Of a stretch of DNA of 64,000 nt, positions 17,501 to 29,170 are shown in pieces (positions within the stretch are counted from its first letter, which is position 1; every line of letters starts with the position of its first letter). A program made the position numbers and the translations under genes. The stretch comes from Macrostomum hystrix (taxonomy: Eukaryota > Animalia > Platyhelminthes). A model generated the notes under the pieces. It did not search any database. It saw nothing but the letters and a program-made list of their open reading frames with translations, and was not told the DNA's origin. Location of the stretch: the NCBI GenBank assembly GCA_950097015.1, contig CATNEN010000041.1:3534001-3598000 (forward strand). The letters are read 5' to 3'.

Positions 17501-19727
17501 GCTGATATAATCTACAATGTGAAAACGATCATTTCAAGTTCTTTCAGTACAGAAATTTAGTTGATATGAGAGAATACCACAAAAATTCTTCCACTGATAG
17601 AATCGCTTATACATATGCGCAAAAAGTTTACAAGTCTAAAGGTCGAACAAAGTGAGACCTGAAAGATTATATCTACTCGTTAAATGTTAATTGTTTGTAA
17701 ATTAAATGCGTAATTTCATTAAGTAATTGTATATTGTATTTTTTTAAATAAATACGTTGATTTAAAAGCGACATAACTAAATAAATTAGAGATGATAAAT
17801 TATAGAAACAATATATTTTAATAGCCATTAAATTTAGATTGATATGGCTGGTGCTTTACTCAGTTGTGCCCAAAGTACTTAATGGTTATTGGTTAAAGGT
17901 TAGCATCTTTCATAAACAATATTTCTCATTAATTTTTTTTTCTTTATACAATAAAGTTAAAATAAACTTAAATTTCGCTGTCTGTTATGTGTTCTTTATA
18001 AATGTATAGAAAACTGTATGTTAAAATGTAGCTTGTTTTAGACTATTTTTACGCGAAAAATTTACAAGTAATATTATTGCGTTACAAATAGCAGAAGTAT
18101 CATCATTCCGTTGGTCTCTACCATGCTTTCATTTTCAATTTTTTCCTTTTGAAATATTCATACCGCTTTTTCTGCCTGCACACGACATCGTTGTGGTCAT
18201 AAAAAGTCATCTGATACATAAGGAACAAACATTGGTTAAAAACAGAGGGCGCAAATGAAAAGTAGAATGAAATAAAATCTTCGAGACGTTTTTTTGCGCA
18301 TTTTGGACTATAATAGCTTGACTTTTTTAGCCAGATATATTTATTATGCTTTACTGCTTAGGACACTCAACTGTACAACTATGCTATAAAGTTTACAAGA
18401 ATTGTCCATTAAAAGTTTTAAAAAATCTGCTTTGTATTGCCATAATAAATTTTTAAAATAATTTACTTTATACATTGACGCAATACTTGACAATAAATGA
18501 CTCTTTCTGTACAGAGAAACAAGTTGCTTTCAACGTGACCCTAGGGTGTGCCAACGATATCTCCGAATAATTTAAATTTTTATTTTGACTTCTTGTTGTT
18601 ATTCAACAATAAAATATTGTATGTTGTGCTAAAATTCGAAAATATCATAGCAAAGCATTTTTTGCATGAATTCAGACTTGTTATGTGCACTCACATCATT
18701 ACACTTAGTAAGTAAATACAATAATTTTTGTTTTATTATGTTGCCATTTAAATTGAGATTGACCCAGTTGGCTTTCTGCTATGGGTGGCATTGTTTGCCT
18801 GTTGCTGCATTATGTTTCTACTAAAAGAGGATGTTAATTGCCTGCTAATGGGGGTCATTTGTTCTCTACTAAAAAGGAAACTGTTCTCAGCTATTTGGGG
18901 ACATATTTGCTATATGGCAAAGATTTATTCGTAGCCTAGGGATATTGCTAGCCTTATATTCTGGCTGGGGAAGACACTTCTGTCTGCTTATTGTTGCTGA
19001 ATTTCAAATTATCTAAACTGAGAGTACTCACAGAAATTGAATACCTGCTTAAGGGAGCATTGGTTCTCTACTAAAAATTTATAGCATTCTCTTCTATGCC
19101 TTCTAAATTGGATGCCTACTGGAGAGAAACTAAGAAATAAATGACTGCTAAGAGGACATTGTTTTCTGCTAAATAGGGTCATAGGCCCCTAGGTTACCTG
19201 CTAAAGGGTGTCATTAGTTCTCTGAAAAATGGCACCTCAGTGGTGACCCTCGTGACTCACAGAGCCTCCATAGGTACCTTGTCCTGTCTAGGGGAATAAT
19301 TGCGACGTGACCTCTACATTGTTGCTGGTCACTGTCTGAGTATTGAAATCATCCTATGTCCTGTAACAACCACTGTCCCTCAAGCAGCAACCAATGCCTC
19401 TCCTTTAGCAAAAACAGTGTCCTCCATTTAGCAGAGAATATTGCAGATAAAATATACCCCCTTTAGTAGAGTTTGCCCCCATTTAGCAAAGAACCACAGT
19501 GCCTAGCCAGCCTAAAAATTCCACCGAGCAAGCCTTTAAATACCCCTAACCTTTTAATACTCTCTAATCGGAGGGTTGAGAAATCAGCTATTTAAAATAT
19601 TATATGATTTTAAGTCAGTGCCCATCTTTCAAAGAAATTAACTACTACTATTCACAGAAACAGCCTAAAATAGCACAGCCTATGTCTATTGCCTCAAAAT
19701 TTTCACACAATGTACTGTAATAATGTA

Positions 19728-21099
19728 CTTCGGGTGTCCGGAAAGTCATGAGAAAATGTTATTCTAACTACTTAGACACAAGCTATTGACAAGATACTGT
19801 ACCATTCTAACACTTGACTTAATATATGTCTATGGCTGAAAGAGCTAGATTCTAGCTTCAAATTTGGGGGTAAGGCTGATGGTTATAACTTAGAAGTCTA
19901 GGCCACTGCAACGCAGAGGCAAAGCAAGCATCTATCGTTACTTTTTTCTTCATTGATCCTTGCTGCTGCTTTGAGATGGACGAGTTTCAAGCTTATGCTT
20001 ATACCAGGTATAAGCTTGGTATATGTGCTCCTGATTGCCATGGAGAACTGCTGAAAGTGCATGGAGATGTGGCGCCTGGTCTGTCGTCAGTGTACCGATG
20101 GTACACAAGGTTCCGTGACGAGTCGTACCCACTGGCCCAAGCTGCCCGTACTGGCCGGCCGAGATCGACGAGAACACCAGAGCTGATCGAGACCTGCAGA
20201 AATCTCGTGAAAGAAGACCCAAAAGTGAGTGTCAGAGATCTTGCTGACTTCATGGAGGTTGGGAAATCAACAGTGCATGAAATATTGACTGAAGACCTGC
20301 AACTTCGCAATGTGTCTGCCGTGTGGGTCCCGCATGTTCTCTCCGAAGAGAACAAGGTTGCTCGCGTCAATTGTGCCAAGCAAATACGTCGGATTTTTCA
20401 TACCGAGGGCATGACCAGCTTCTGCAACAAGTACGTGGTGGAGGACGAGGCGTGGGTGTACCTTAAAAACACTGGTACACGGCAGAACAACCGGTGCTGG
20501 CTGGGTCAAGGCGACCATCGACCTCAAGTTGTGAGACACTCAGTCGGGGACCCAAAGACAATGCTGGTAGTCGCTTTCACCCCAAGCAAGAGATTCTCTA
20601 TCATGTCAACGGCGCCAAAGCAGACTGTTGATGCCAATCGCATCGTTGAATTCGTTCGACACACAGGTGACCTATGGCGGAGCCTCAGATCACAGCCAAT
20701 TCATTTGTCCGAAGTCTTGTGGCAGTGGGACAACGCACGACCTCATGTGGCCCAGCCTGTGCAGCAGTACATGGAGCCTCGTGGAGTTGAACTGCTTTTT
20801 CAGAGTCCCTATAGCCCTGATTTCAATTTATGCGACCGTTTTTTCTTCAATTGGCTGAAATCGGACTTCTCGAAGCGGGAGTTCAGCAGCCACGATGAGG
20901 TCCGCGAGGCCGCGTTGCAGTGGGCGAGGGGTCTGGATGCAAACTGCTTGAAACGCGAGGTTCTACGGCTCGTGGAGCACTGCCAAGCTGTGATTGACTT
21001 CAGGGGAAATTACATTACTGATTAGTAAAGTTTCACTGTTCTGCGCGTTTTCATAATTAACCTTTTGTAGTTTTCTCATGACTTTCCGGACACCCGGAA
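19728..21099 (+). mobile_element. Full-length mariner element (1372 bp)
   Basis: 29-bp TIRs with a 26-bp perfect core CGGGTGTCCGGAAAGTCATGAGAAAA (19731-19756, 21071-21096); TA on both flanks; contains an intact transposase ORF. Confidence 0.92.
19976..21025 (+). CDS. Mariner transposase, DD34D, 349 aa, uninterrupted
   Basis: N-terminal HTH region, WVPHVL linker, EDEAW, WDNARPH and YSPDFNLCD. I count 34 residues between the second and third Asp. Confidence 0.94.
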   Translation: MDEFQAYAYTRYKLGICAPDCHGELLKVHGDVAPGLSSVYRWYTRFRDESYPLAQAARTGRPRSTRTPELIETCRNLVKEDPKVSVRDLADFMEVGKSTVHEILTEDLQLRNVSAVWVPHVLSEENKVARVNCAKQIRRIFHTEGMTSFCNKYVVEDEAWVYLKNTGTRQNNRCWLGQGDHRPQVVRHSVGDPKTMLVVAFTPSKRFSIMSTAPKQTVDANRIVEFVRHTGDLWRSLRSQPIHLSEVLWQWDNARPHVAQPVQQYMEPRGVELLFQSPYSPDFNLCDRFFFNWLKSDFSKREFSSHDEVREAALQWARGLDANCLKREVLRLVEHCQAVIDFRGNYITD

Positions 21100-21289
21100 T
21101 AATAATGTACTGTATTAGTCAAGGCATTCAGCCTGTTGAGCACAGGCAGACAGACATAGATTAGTGATGTAGTATATGTGGAGGATGAATGGATATAGGT
21201 GGATGGTTGGAAGATTAGAGATTTAGTATAACAGATATTCACTTTAATCAACTATGGGTTATATACCATATACTTTTTTACAGCTCAAT

Positions 21290-21650
21290 AATAATAATAA
21301 TAATTGACACTAGACCCAAGGGCCAGTGCAGGTGTTGTGTCAAGCACACTAGCAGGTGGAGACTGCACACCTAATGTACTCCCTGGCTCTCTTGGATGCC
21401 AGTTGACAGCCACCTGTCAGCAATGAAATTTATTTTTTCCAAACATATCAGCAGCATCCAAATATTCCAAACCCCACTGAATTGCCTCACAGAACTGCTT
21501 TATTCCACTCATTTGCAGCTGAGTAGACTGTGTGCACATCTGGGCAAAGCAGCTTGCCAAAGGCTGCACGAATAGTTCTAGACTAGGTTGGGAGTCGAAC
21601 CCAGGACCATCTGATCTAGAGTCCGACACCTTACTGACTGCTATCCCCCC
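21290..21650 (-). mobile_element. tRNA-derived SINE (361 bp) with (ATT)n tail and 11-bp TSD
   Basis: Minus-strand head GGGGGGATAGCAGTCAGTAAGGTGTCGGACTCTAGATCAGATGGTCCTGGGTTCGACTCCC has a B-box (GGTTCGACTCC). TACAGCTCAAT is repeated at 21279-21289 and 21651-21661. Confidence 0.85.
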
Positions 21651-22261
21651 TACAGCTCAATGGCTTGCATTAGCAACTAATACTTTTTAATTAACTAAGC
21701 ATTAAACTATTTCTTGTTTTAATTCTACTTTTTAATTTGCGTTCTAATGTACAAGTGGGGTGGTACATGTCAAAAGGTAACGCAGGTGTCCCAAGATGAG
21801 CTCAGGACAGAAACCTGGCATAGAGCAAAACTCGTAGATCCTATCAAGCAAAAGCTTCTAGCTGATGCATTAGAGTATGTGCTTGACCATTAGGTCTACT
21901 AAGCATGTCTGCAACATTCATAAGAGCTATATTATTGTCAATGTTTATGTGAATCAATGTGCTTAATATGAAAATAAGCATGAGGTGAAGAAATGCATTT
22001 TTAATTAAAAATATGTGATTTCTTCTTTAATAATAGATATGTGCCCATATGACTGACACCTATCACAACAAAATACAAAATAAAACAATGCAAATATGGT
22101 ATTTTTCTCATTAGTGCTCAAAATGATACAATTAATTGTGTTACTCTGGTTGGTATATCTATGCAAATAAGGTACGGGTTGTTTAGTTTATTATAAATAT
22201 GTCATCTACTTAAGTGCTTAGTTTGTTATCAGTTTCACTATTTCCCACAGATTGCAGACAG

Positions 22262-23286
22262 ATGGCACATCAGGCAGACTTGTCATTTGAGAACTGCTTA
22301 ATGGATACATCAGGCAGTGAGGACCGTGGCGAGCCTCCCTGTATGGCCCTTTTCCAGTCCAATGAGCCGGTCAAAGGCGCCTCAACTCCTCGCCAGGATC
22401 TAACAGAATACCTCAGCTCATCTTCGTGCTCCAATCCTGATCTGGATCTATCACCGAATCCGGGAGACCGAGCAGAATGTTGTGACTCAGGCTTAGCGCA
22501 CTCAGATGTTCCCCACCATCTTCAGGGCCAGCAACAGCAGTTGACTGCGGTGCATGAGCAGGAGCAGGAGTTTTTTGCCGCGGTCCAGATGGAGGAGGTG
22601 CTGTTTACGCGGCGTAAGGACCTTCAGCTGCTGCATACGGCACCCGCAAAGCTAACCTACGGCGGTGACGTTTGCCGAGTGTTGCGTTTCGACGACGACG
22701 TTGGGGAGGCGTCACCTAGTCCCGCGCAGCGACAGCCACCTCCGCCAATCACCCCTATGGAACAGTCAGCGTCCAGGACTCCCGAGATGCTACTCAGTAT
22801 GCGCAGCGAGCAGAGTCGCATGTACAGGAACTGCCACGCCATCCGCTGCCTTTCTGGTTCCAACATCAACCGGTGCACACCGGAGGGTAGGCAGAAGCTG
22901 GCCTTGACCCCCAGCCACGGGCCTCGCCTCATGGATGAGCGCCTGCTCAACTCTGACAGGCTCTATACAGAGTTTGACCTCACTGATGAGGAAAACACCA
23001 GGTCCGTTGCCAGTGGCTCTTTCGGCTTTGTGTTCACAGCCATCAATCGTCTTGACGGGCGGGTGTATTGTCTCAAGACTGCTCTGCCGACTAAGAGTCG
23101 CGACGGACCCAGCGCTTTTGCTCAAGCCAAAGAAGGCATCCAGGTACTTAAAATCTTCATTTATTGCAAGCCCATTGCATGTGGCCACTGAAGTTTATCT
23201 GAATAATCTATTTAGAGATAAATGCAAGGAAGTAGACTAGATAGAGACAAATAGATACATACTAACATACATATACATACTAAAGT

Positions 23287-23326
<40 letters not shown>

Positions 23327-24423
23327 TAGTATATATACATACTAAATATACATACTAAAGTAAGTTTCTTGCAGATGGGAAAGAAGCAAACTAAAGGGCC
23401 GAGGTAACAAGCGAACACAACGTTTCATATTAAAAATATGCCTATAGAATCATGCATAAATATATTCTATAGGAAGTATGGGCCATGGCGGGCCTGAGCG
23501 AACGTCACCCTAACATCGTGGAGTACTTCGGTTGCTGGGTTCAGTTTGACAGACTGTACATCCAGCTGGAGTTTTGCAACGGCCTGGCGCTTCACCAGTT
23601 TCTGACCATCTGGCACCGCCTCACTGACGAGCGACTTCTCCAGCTGGTCCGCGATATTGGCTCCGCGCTGTCCTTCATGCATTCCGAGGGTCTAGCGCAC
23701 CTTGACTGCAGCACTAGCAACATCCTCATAAAGGCGCCGCGGGCCAACCTGCCACCTTCGATGCCGCTTGCTGAGAGGCACAGCATCTTGACCCAGATGA
23801 TGCCGGACCTCCGCGAGCGTGTTCTGTTTAAGTTGGGCGACTTTGGCCACGCTAGAGACACCGCTGATCAGGAAAACCTTGAGGATGGCAACGGCCGCTA
23901 CATGCCTATGGACGCCTTAGACCTCAGCCAACACCCGGACCCCCGCCTGGTCGACAATTTCTCCTTTGGACTCTGTGTGTTCGAAGCTGCTGGTGGTCAC
24001 GTGCCCGAGTCCACTGACAGCCCCAGCGATGGGGAGGCTCGTCTGCGGTTGCTTGAGCGAGGCGAGGTGGAGCGGCCTCCTAATATGAACCTGCTGTTGT
24101 TCCAGTGTGTCACTGCACTGCTGCATCCGCAGCCTCTGCGGCGGCTCAGCCTGCGTCAGTTGCTGCACCGTCTGTGTCATGATCTTCTAGATTCACACTG
24201 CATGTCCTATTTAAGCTCAGAACCTATCTAAAGCTCTTGTGCTGCTTTTTTACTTTCGCTTCTTCTGCTATCTGGAACAATTTTATTGTACATGTATACT
24301 TAACATGTATACTTGATTGCTTTCCCAGATGAGCTAACTTTGACTGATCCATGCGACTTTCAAGCTGCTAGAAGTAGCTATTTAAACTTCATGACCACAG
24401 CTCTTAGCTATTATGTTTACTGA
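22262..24423 (+). CDS. Divergent Wee1-family protein kinase; exons 22262-23143, 23473-24169 and probably 24329-24423
   Basis: Wee-box-like SNINRCTPE; VASGSFGFVF, YCLK, EVWAMA, HPNIVEYFGCW, LYIQLEFCNG, HLDCSTSN, FKLGDFGHA, EDGNGRYM. The first junction is in phase; the last exon is less certain (alternative stop at 24231). Confidence 0.8.
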
Positions 24424-25801
24424 GACGGTAATTTGAATGTGGCAGTATGATATGGAGGATAATTGATTTAATTATTTTTGCTATGTTTGCTATGATTGAT
24501 ATTTGCTCTTGTTGGTCTGCCTCGCGCTCAAGCAGATATCTTTTTAAAGCACAGAGCAGGACTACGTCTAGCCAGCATTTTTGCTATTAATGTTGTCTAC
24601 GCTCTTAAACAAGAAGTTTTTGCTGTCTGCGCCATCCGCGCTGTTTAGCCTACTTATCAGTAGCATGTAGCCTGTATCACTTTAGCGCTGAATTAGCAGA
24701 CTGGAAAAGCAACTCTGCTCATCGACTGCTCGGATGCTTTCTGTTGCATTTTCCCCAACTCAATTCTTGTCCTTGCATTTTGAATTCTTGATTTCAGTGT
24801 CCTTTTGTATTTTTCTGCTTGCATTTTGCTTTCGCTATTCTATGTTGTGTATAAATGTGTTCCCGTATTGCTTTGCTTCCTGTGAGTTCTTCCTATCCAG
24901 TATTGTCCCGTATTATCTGCCTCTTAATTGCTCGTGTCGACTTTTACAAAGTCTTTCGACTCGTCTTCGTATTGCACTTATTTTTTGTTGCTGCCTCCAA
25001 GCATTTCGCCCTTTTAATATTCCTTCAATAAAATACATTGACTCCAATACTCAGTTGTGGCTTTCCGGCCATCCCGTCATGGTTCTGCGGCGTGCGTATT
25101 ATCGCTTTAAATCATCCAGCTCACTTCACTGTCAGCTTTTGCCTTTTATTAATTGTTGTTGCCATCTATCTCCTGGCAACAAATTCGATTAGCTATATTT
25201 ACCTTATCTCACTCGCACGCACTCGACCTGCCTTGGCCGGTTGTCATGGATACCAACATCTGGCCCGGCTTTGACAGCCAGCTCGTCCTGTACCTGCTGG
25301 CTGTGCTGACTAGCGCCCTTATATTTCCACTCTGTCGCTACTCTGTTCTTTCTTATTCACCTGCGAGAAAGCTAAACAGAGCTGCGAGTATCCTAATCCC
25401 CTTTACCCTCTTCCCTTTCTATGCGCACAGGGGAAGAAAGTAGATTTCCCTTCCCTCATATGATATGTCCCTATTCTCTGCTAGCTGCTATGGCAACCTT
25501 GTACACCCTCGTGCGTGGCTCCTCTCGATCCTTCCCTATTCTCCACTTGCACCACCCGCCCCCTTCACTTCCCCCAATCGTTTGTAATGCTTTGTAGGAC
25601 ATAAAAGTTTTATATTTCCGCCAGCACAAAGACAGCATCCTAGCGCTTGCTCTCAGCTGTTAAGATTCCACCCTCACTGCGTCCCACTCCCAAGCTTCAG
25701 AGGAAGCGTTTACTCTTAGTCAGATCACTTGAAGTTTAAAGCCCTGTCAGTCGTCGGAGGAAGCTTCGTCCGCAACGCATCTTCCATCAGCATCCAAAAG
25801 C

Positions 25802-27093
25802 ATGTCGTGGATTCAAACAGCTACCCCACCGTTTCAAGCTGAGTCCGTGAACCGTTCGGACTTCCAGTACAAGCAGGGGGGTGAGTAAGATGGAATGCTT
25901 TGCTTTAGTCTCGAAGCCAGATGAGGCTGAAATGAAGATTTCAGCTGCTAATATCATTCGAACTACTCTACTACTGAATTAAGTATCTGATATTTTTTAG
26001 CTTCATTGGGTATTGAATATTGAAGAGAACAAACACGTCTAAAAATAAGCACATAATTCATAGTACATATTTTCTAACGTTCGATCTTAGTGCACGAAGT
26101 TTGAAGTATGACACGCTTGTATGTGCATACTTAAAAATTTGCGCTTTCTCCGTGACAGAGCGGCAGCAGCCGATACGCCCGAAAAATGAAATCGAGCGTT
26201 CCGATGAACCCTTCATGGGCGAGTCTAGCAGCCGCGACGCGTACAAGGCCTGGCAAGCTCAGCCTCGTTACCGCCACCAACATCCTGCTTACGAGAAGCC
26301 TCCAGGCAGCATGGACCTGCGAACCACCTACTCGAATGAATTTGTCACTGACGGCCCAAGGGTCCGACTGCCACCAATCAGGCCAGAATCGCAACACCGC
26401 CAGCTGCGGGATCCGAATTCAGCGTTTGCCGGACACACCGAACAAGCGGACAGCTTCCCCGGCTACCGGCGTGCCCAGATGTCTGAGGCCAAGCCAGCCA
26501 GCTACCGGCCGGCTCGCCAGTACCAACCGCCGGAGGTCCCCTTCGCAGCGCGCTCTTCCTACACTGGCGACTTCGCCACTGCAGTCGGTGGTTCAGAACG
26601 AACCCGCCCCGTGCGTCACTCAGACCAGCTGCAGGTGTCCACAGAGCCCATGCTGAGCCGCGGTGGAGCTAGCAACGCCGAGTACGGAGCTGGCGCCAGC
26701 GGAGCTGCCGTGGCTAAGCGTCAGCCAATCTTGCCGCGAGGCGAGCTAGCCATCGGCTCCGGTACCTTCACCGCCGAGACCACCCAACGCGGCGACTTTG
26801 CTCTTCCGCAGGGACTTCAGCAGTCCCGAAGGGAGCCGATTCGGCCAGCTGGCGAGCTGCAGCTAAATTCGTCGGCAGCGGAGCCGTTCTCCGGCCGTAC
26901 CGTCGCTCAAGAGGACTTTGCTGCTAGGCATGGTGAGCGACCGGCCCTGGTAAAACCGAGGTGCGAGCTTGAGCTGTCCCGCGAGCCCATGGCCGCAGCT
27001 ACCACTAGCCGCGATGTTTTCACGCCTAAGGCCAGAGACGACCCACCACCAACGCGACGCCGACAGCAGCAGCAGCAGGTTGCTGCCAGTTGA
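25802..27093 (+). CDS. SAXO/FAM154-like stabilizer of axonemal microtubules, about 337 aa; exons 25802-25880 and 26159-27093
   Basis: Repeated PF..xS/TT(Y)xxDF modules (SVNRSDF, TTYSNEF, SSYTGDF, TTQRGDF, TVAQEDF, TTSRDVF) separated by PIRP motifs; phase-1 GT-AG junction. The true start could lie upstream. Confidence 0.75.
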
Positions 27094-28899
27094 TCTCGCG
27101 TTGTAGACTGATTTATGTCGTACATTTGCCAGGAGGCTGGCCGGGCTAACATTAATCTTTGCACGAGTTCGAACGCTGAATTTTTAGGTTGTTGGTTTTC
27201 CAGAGTCAAAGCTGTGCTGGTGTCTGGTGGTTAGCTAGTTAGCTTTTGCATTGCCAACCCGAGATAGTTCTTATAAAATCACTGATATTGAATCGATTTA
27301 GCTATCCAATTACGAGTTTTTCTCATGCCTTTTGCCAATTTATCTTATAGCTTCAAGAGATGGTAGATTTGTGTGGACTTATTGCAGTCTTCTACAACAT
27401 ATTCGAGGAATCTATAACCTGCAACCCCTTAATCACCAAACTCAGATGTTCAAACCAACTGCTATAACTACTGTGGAGTAGTTATTTCGAAAAAAATAGT
27501 TGCTTCGACCTATTTCATACAATTCTTCATTTGTTATTCTCCACTCTTTCTTTTCCTTTTGGTTTTTCCGTTGCCCATGAAAATATGTACGCAACTCATT
27601 AGGCTGCTGCAACGAATCGAACTCATATATGCAGTGGGAATTCGCACTTGCCCGATACTTGACCTGAGCTGATCTTGGTTTCATTAGTCTATTTGCCTTT
27701 TATTATGCTGTACTTTCCCATCTCTATAGATAATTTATTCGTGAGCGCAAAGGAGCGATCCTAATGTTTAGATACAGCATACGGATACGAAGACTATCGC
27801 ACCCTATTCTTTAGACTCCATAGGGTAGCCTTACCGCTTAAATAATTATTCTGTGTAATTTGAATCAATAAATGCACATACAAGCTCGTAAAACTTTATT
27901 TATGATGCTGCATAACTTTGGGCTAAACGTTCAAGGTATGTTACAGATTTTTACAGTTCCGGCCGTGCATTCTGCTTTTAAAGCAGCAGGATTTCTCGGA
28001 AATGGAATGCCTTAATTAGCTTTCGTTTCGCATTCCCAGTGAACGTGCTGAACATTATAGCTCTTGTGCTGGGATAGCTAAATTAAAAAACCTGCAAAAT
28101 GTTGTTTAATAAAATTCCCACATCCAAAAGTTGGCTGCGACTGAAAGAAGCTCGAAAACTTACTATAGCATTCACATCAACGTACCGGATCTCTTGCTAA
28201 ATACAGTGCATATGCACCACGTGCTACGAGTACATTTTAGGACTTATATAGGACTATATTTGGGAATGCGTTGAGGCGCTGACTGTGGCAGGTGCATGAC
28301 ACCAATTCTAGCTTTTAGACGGGTAGCCTAACCTAACAAACCGCGAAGGCTAATTAGGTCCCTTGCTAAACTATTTTCATCCATTGTGACCTGGGCCCCG
28401 TGCTATTAGAATACTCTTGGCTCCTAAATCATTAAGTGTCCTATAACTCCTCGCTCCTAGACGTTTCTGTGCTATAGAATCAAAAGTAAACTTAAAGACA
28501 TTGGAGGCTCTTTTAGGAGTGCATTAGACTCCTAAGAGAATTTTGGAGAGCTCTAAAGGTCCGTGGCGTGCGTGAAGTAGTGACATCTAGCAGCTAGGAG
28601 TTGGTCTTTAGGAGTCATTTCTAGGAGCACGCGTTCTATAGAAGGAGCGAAATTTAGTCTTACCTCGTTACTCCTAGTCAAGAGTTTAAGGGCCGAATTT
28701 GACTCTTAAAATGCGTTGTACGTAGTTGTACGTAATTATTCTTGAAATGCGTAGAGTCAAAAAAAATTTGACTCTTAAAGTTATGATTTCGGATAGCGAA
28801 TTTAACTCAAACTATTAAATTTATGTATCATTGTCGACCGCGAACTTTCAAAGAACTACCCATTCTTTGAATTTGACAATTAAATTCTGGCCCAGCAAT

Positions 28900-29170
28900 G
28901 GGGGCAATTGTACAAGATGAACGTGCGATTCGTGTAGTGCCAATTCTGTCACTAACGAATGAAAAGTTTAAAGGAGGAGCGCAATTGTCGCGTCAACAAT
29001 TTCCACTATGATTGGCTTGGGCTAGTATACGATTCACAAGAGCCAAGGACTTACAATTCCGAAAGCGTACGTGGCCTTTAGCAAAGGAGGCGCCAGAAAG
29101 CTATTCCAGCTGGATTATTTTATACTGCGGTGAGTAGAGTTCGTGCATTTGCAGATTTGCGAGTATCAAA
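28900..29170 (+). mobile_element. PIF1-type helicase C-terminal remnant (Helitron-like)
   Basis: RQQFPL*LAWA, TIHKSQGLTI and YTAVSRVR across a stop and frameshifts. Confidence 0.7.

Noticed and set aside
13220-18765. GGGT(C)AATCTCAA inverted match as TIRs of the Sola-like element
   Set aside because: Only about 12 bp match before divergence, and no TSD is present.
18770-19510. Degenerate repeats (GCATTGGTTCTCTACTAAAA-like, partly inverted; similar motifs at 12050-12250) as a defined transposon
   Set aside because: Too decayed to fix termini or a TSD.
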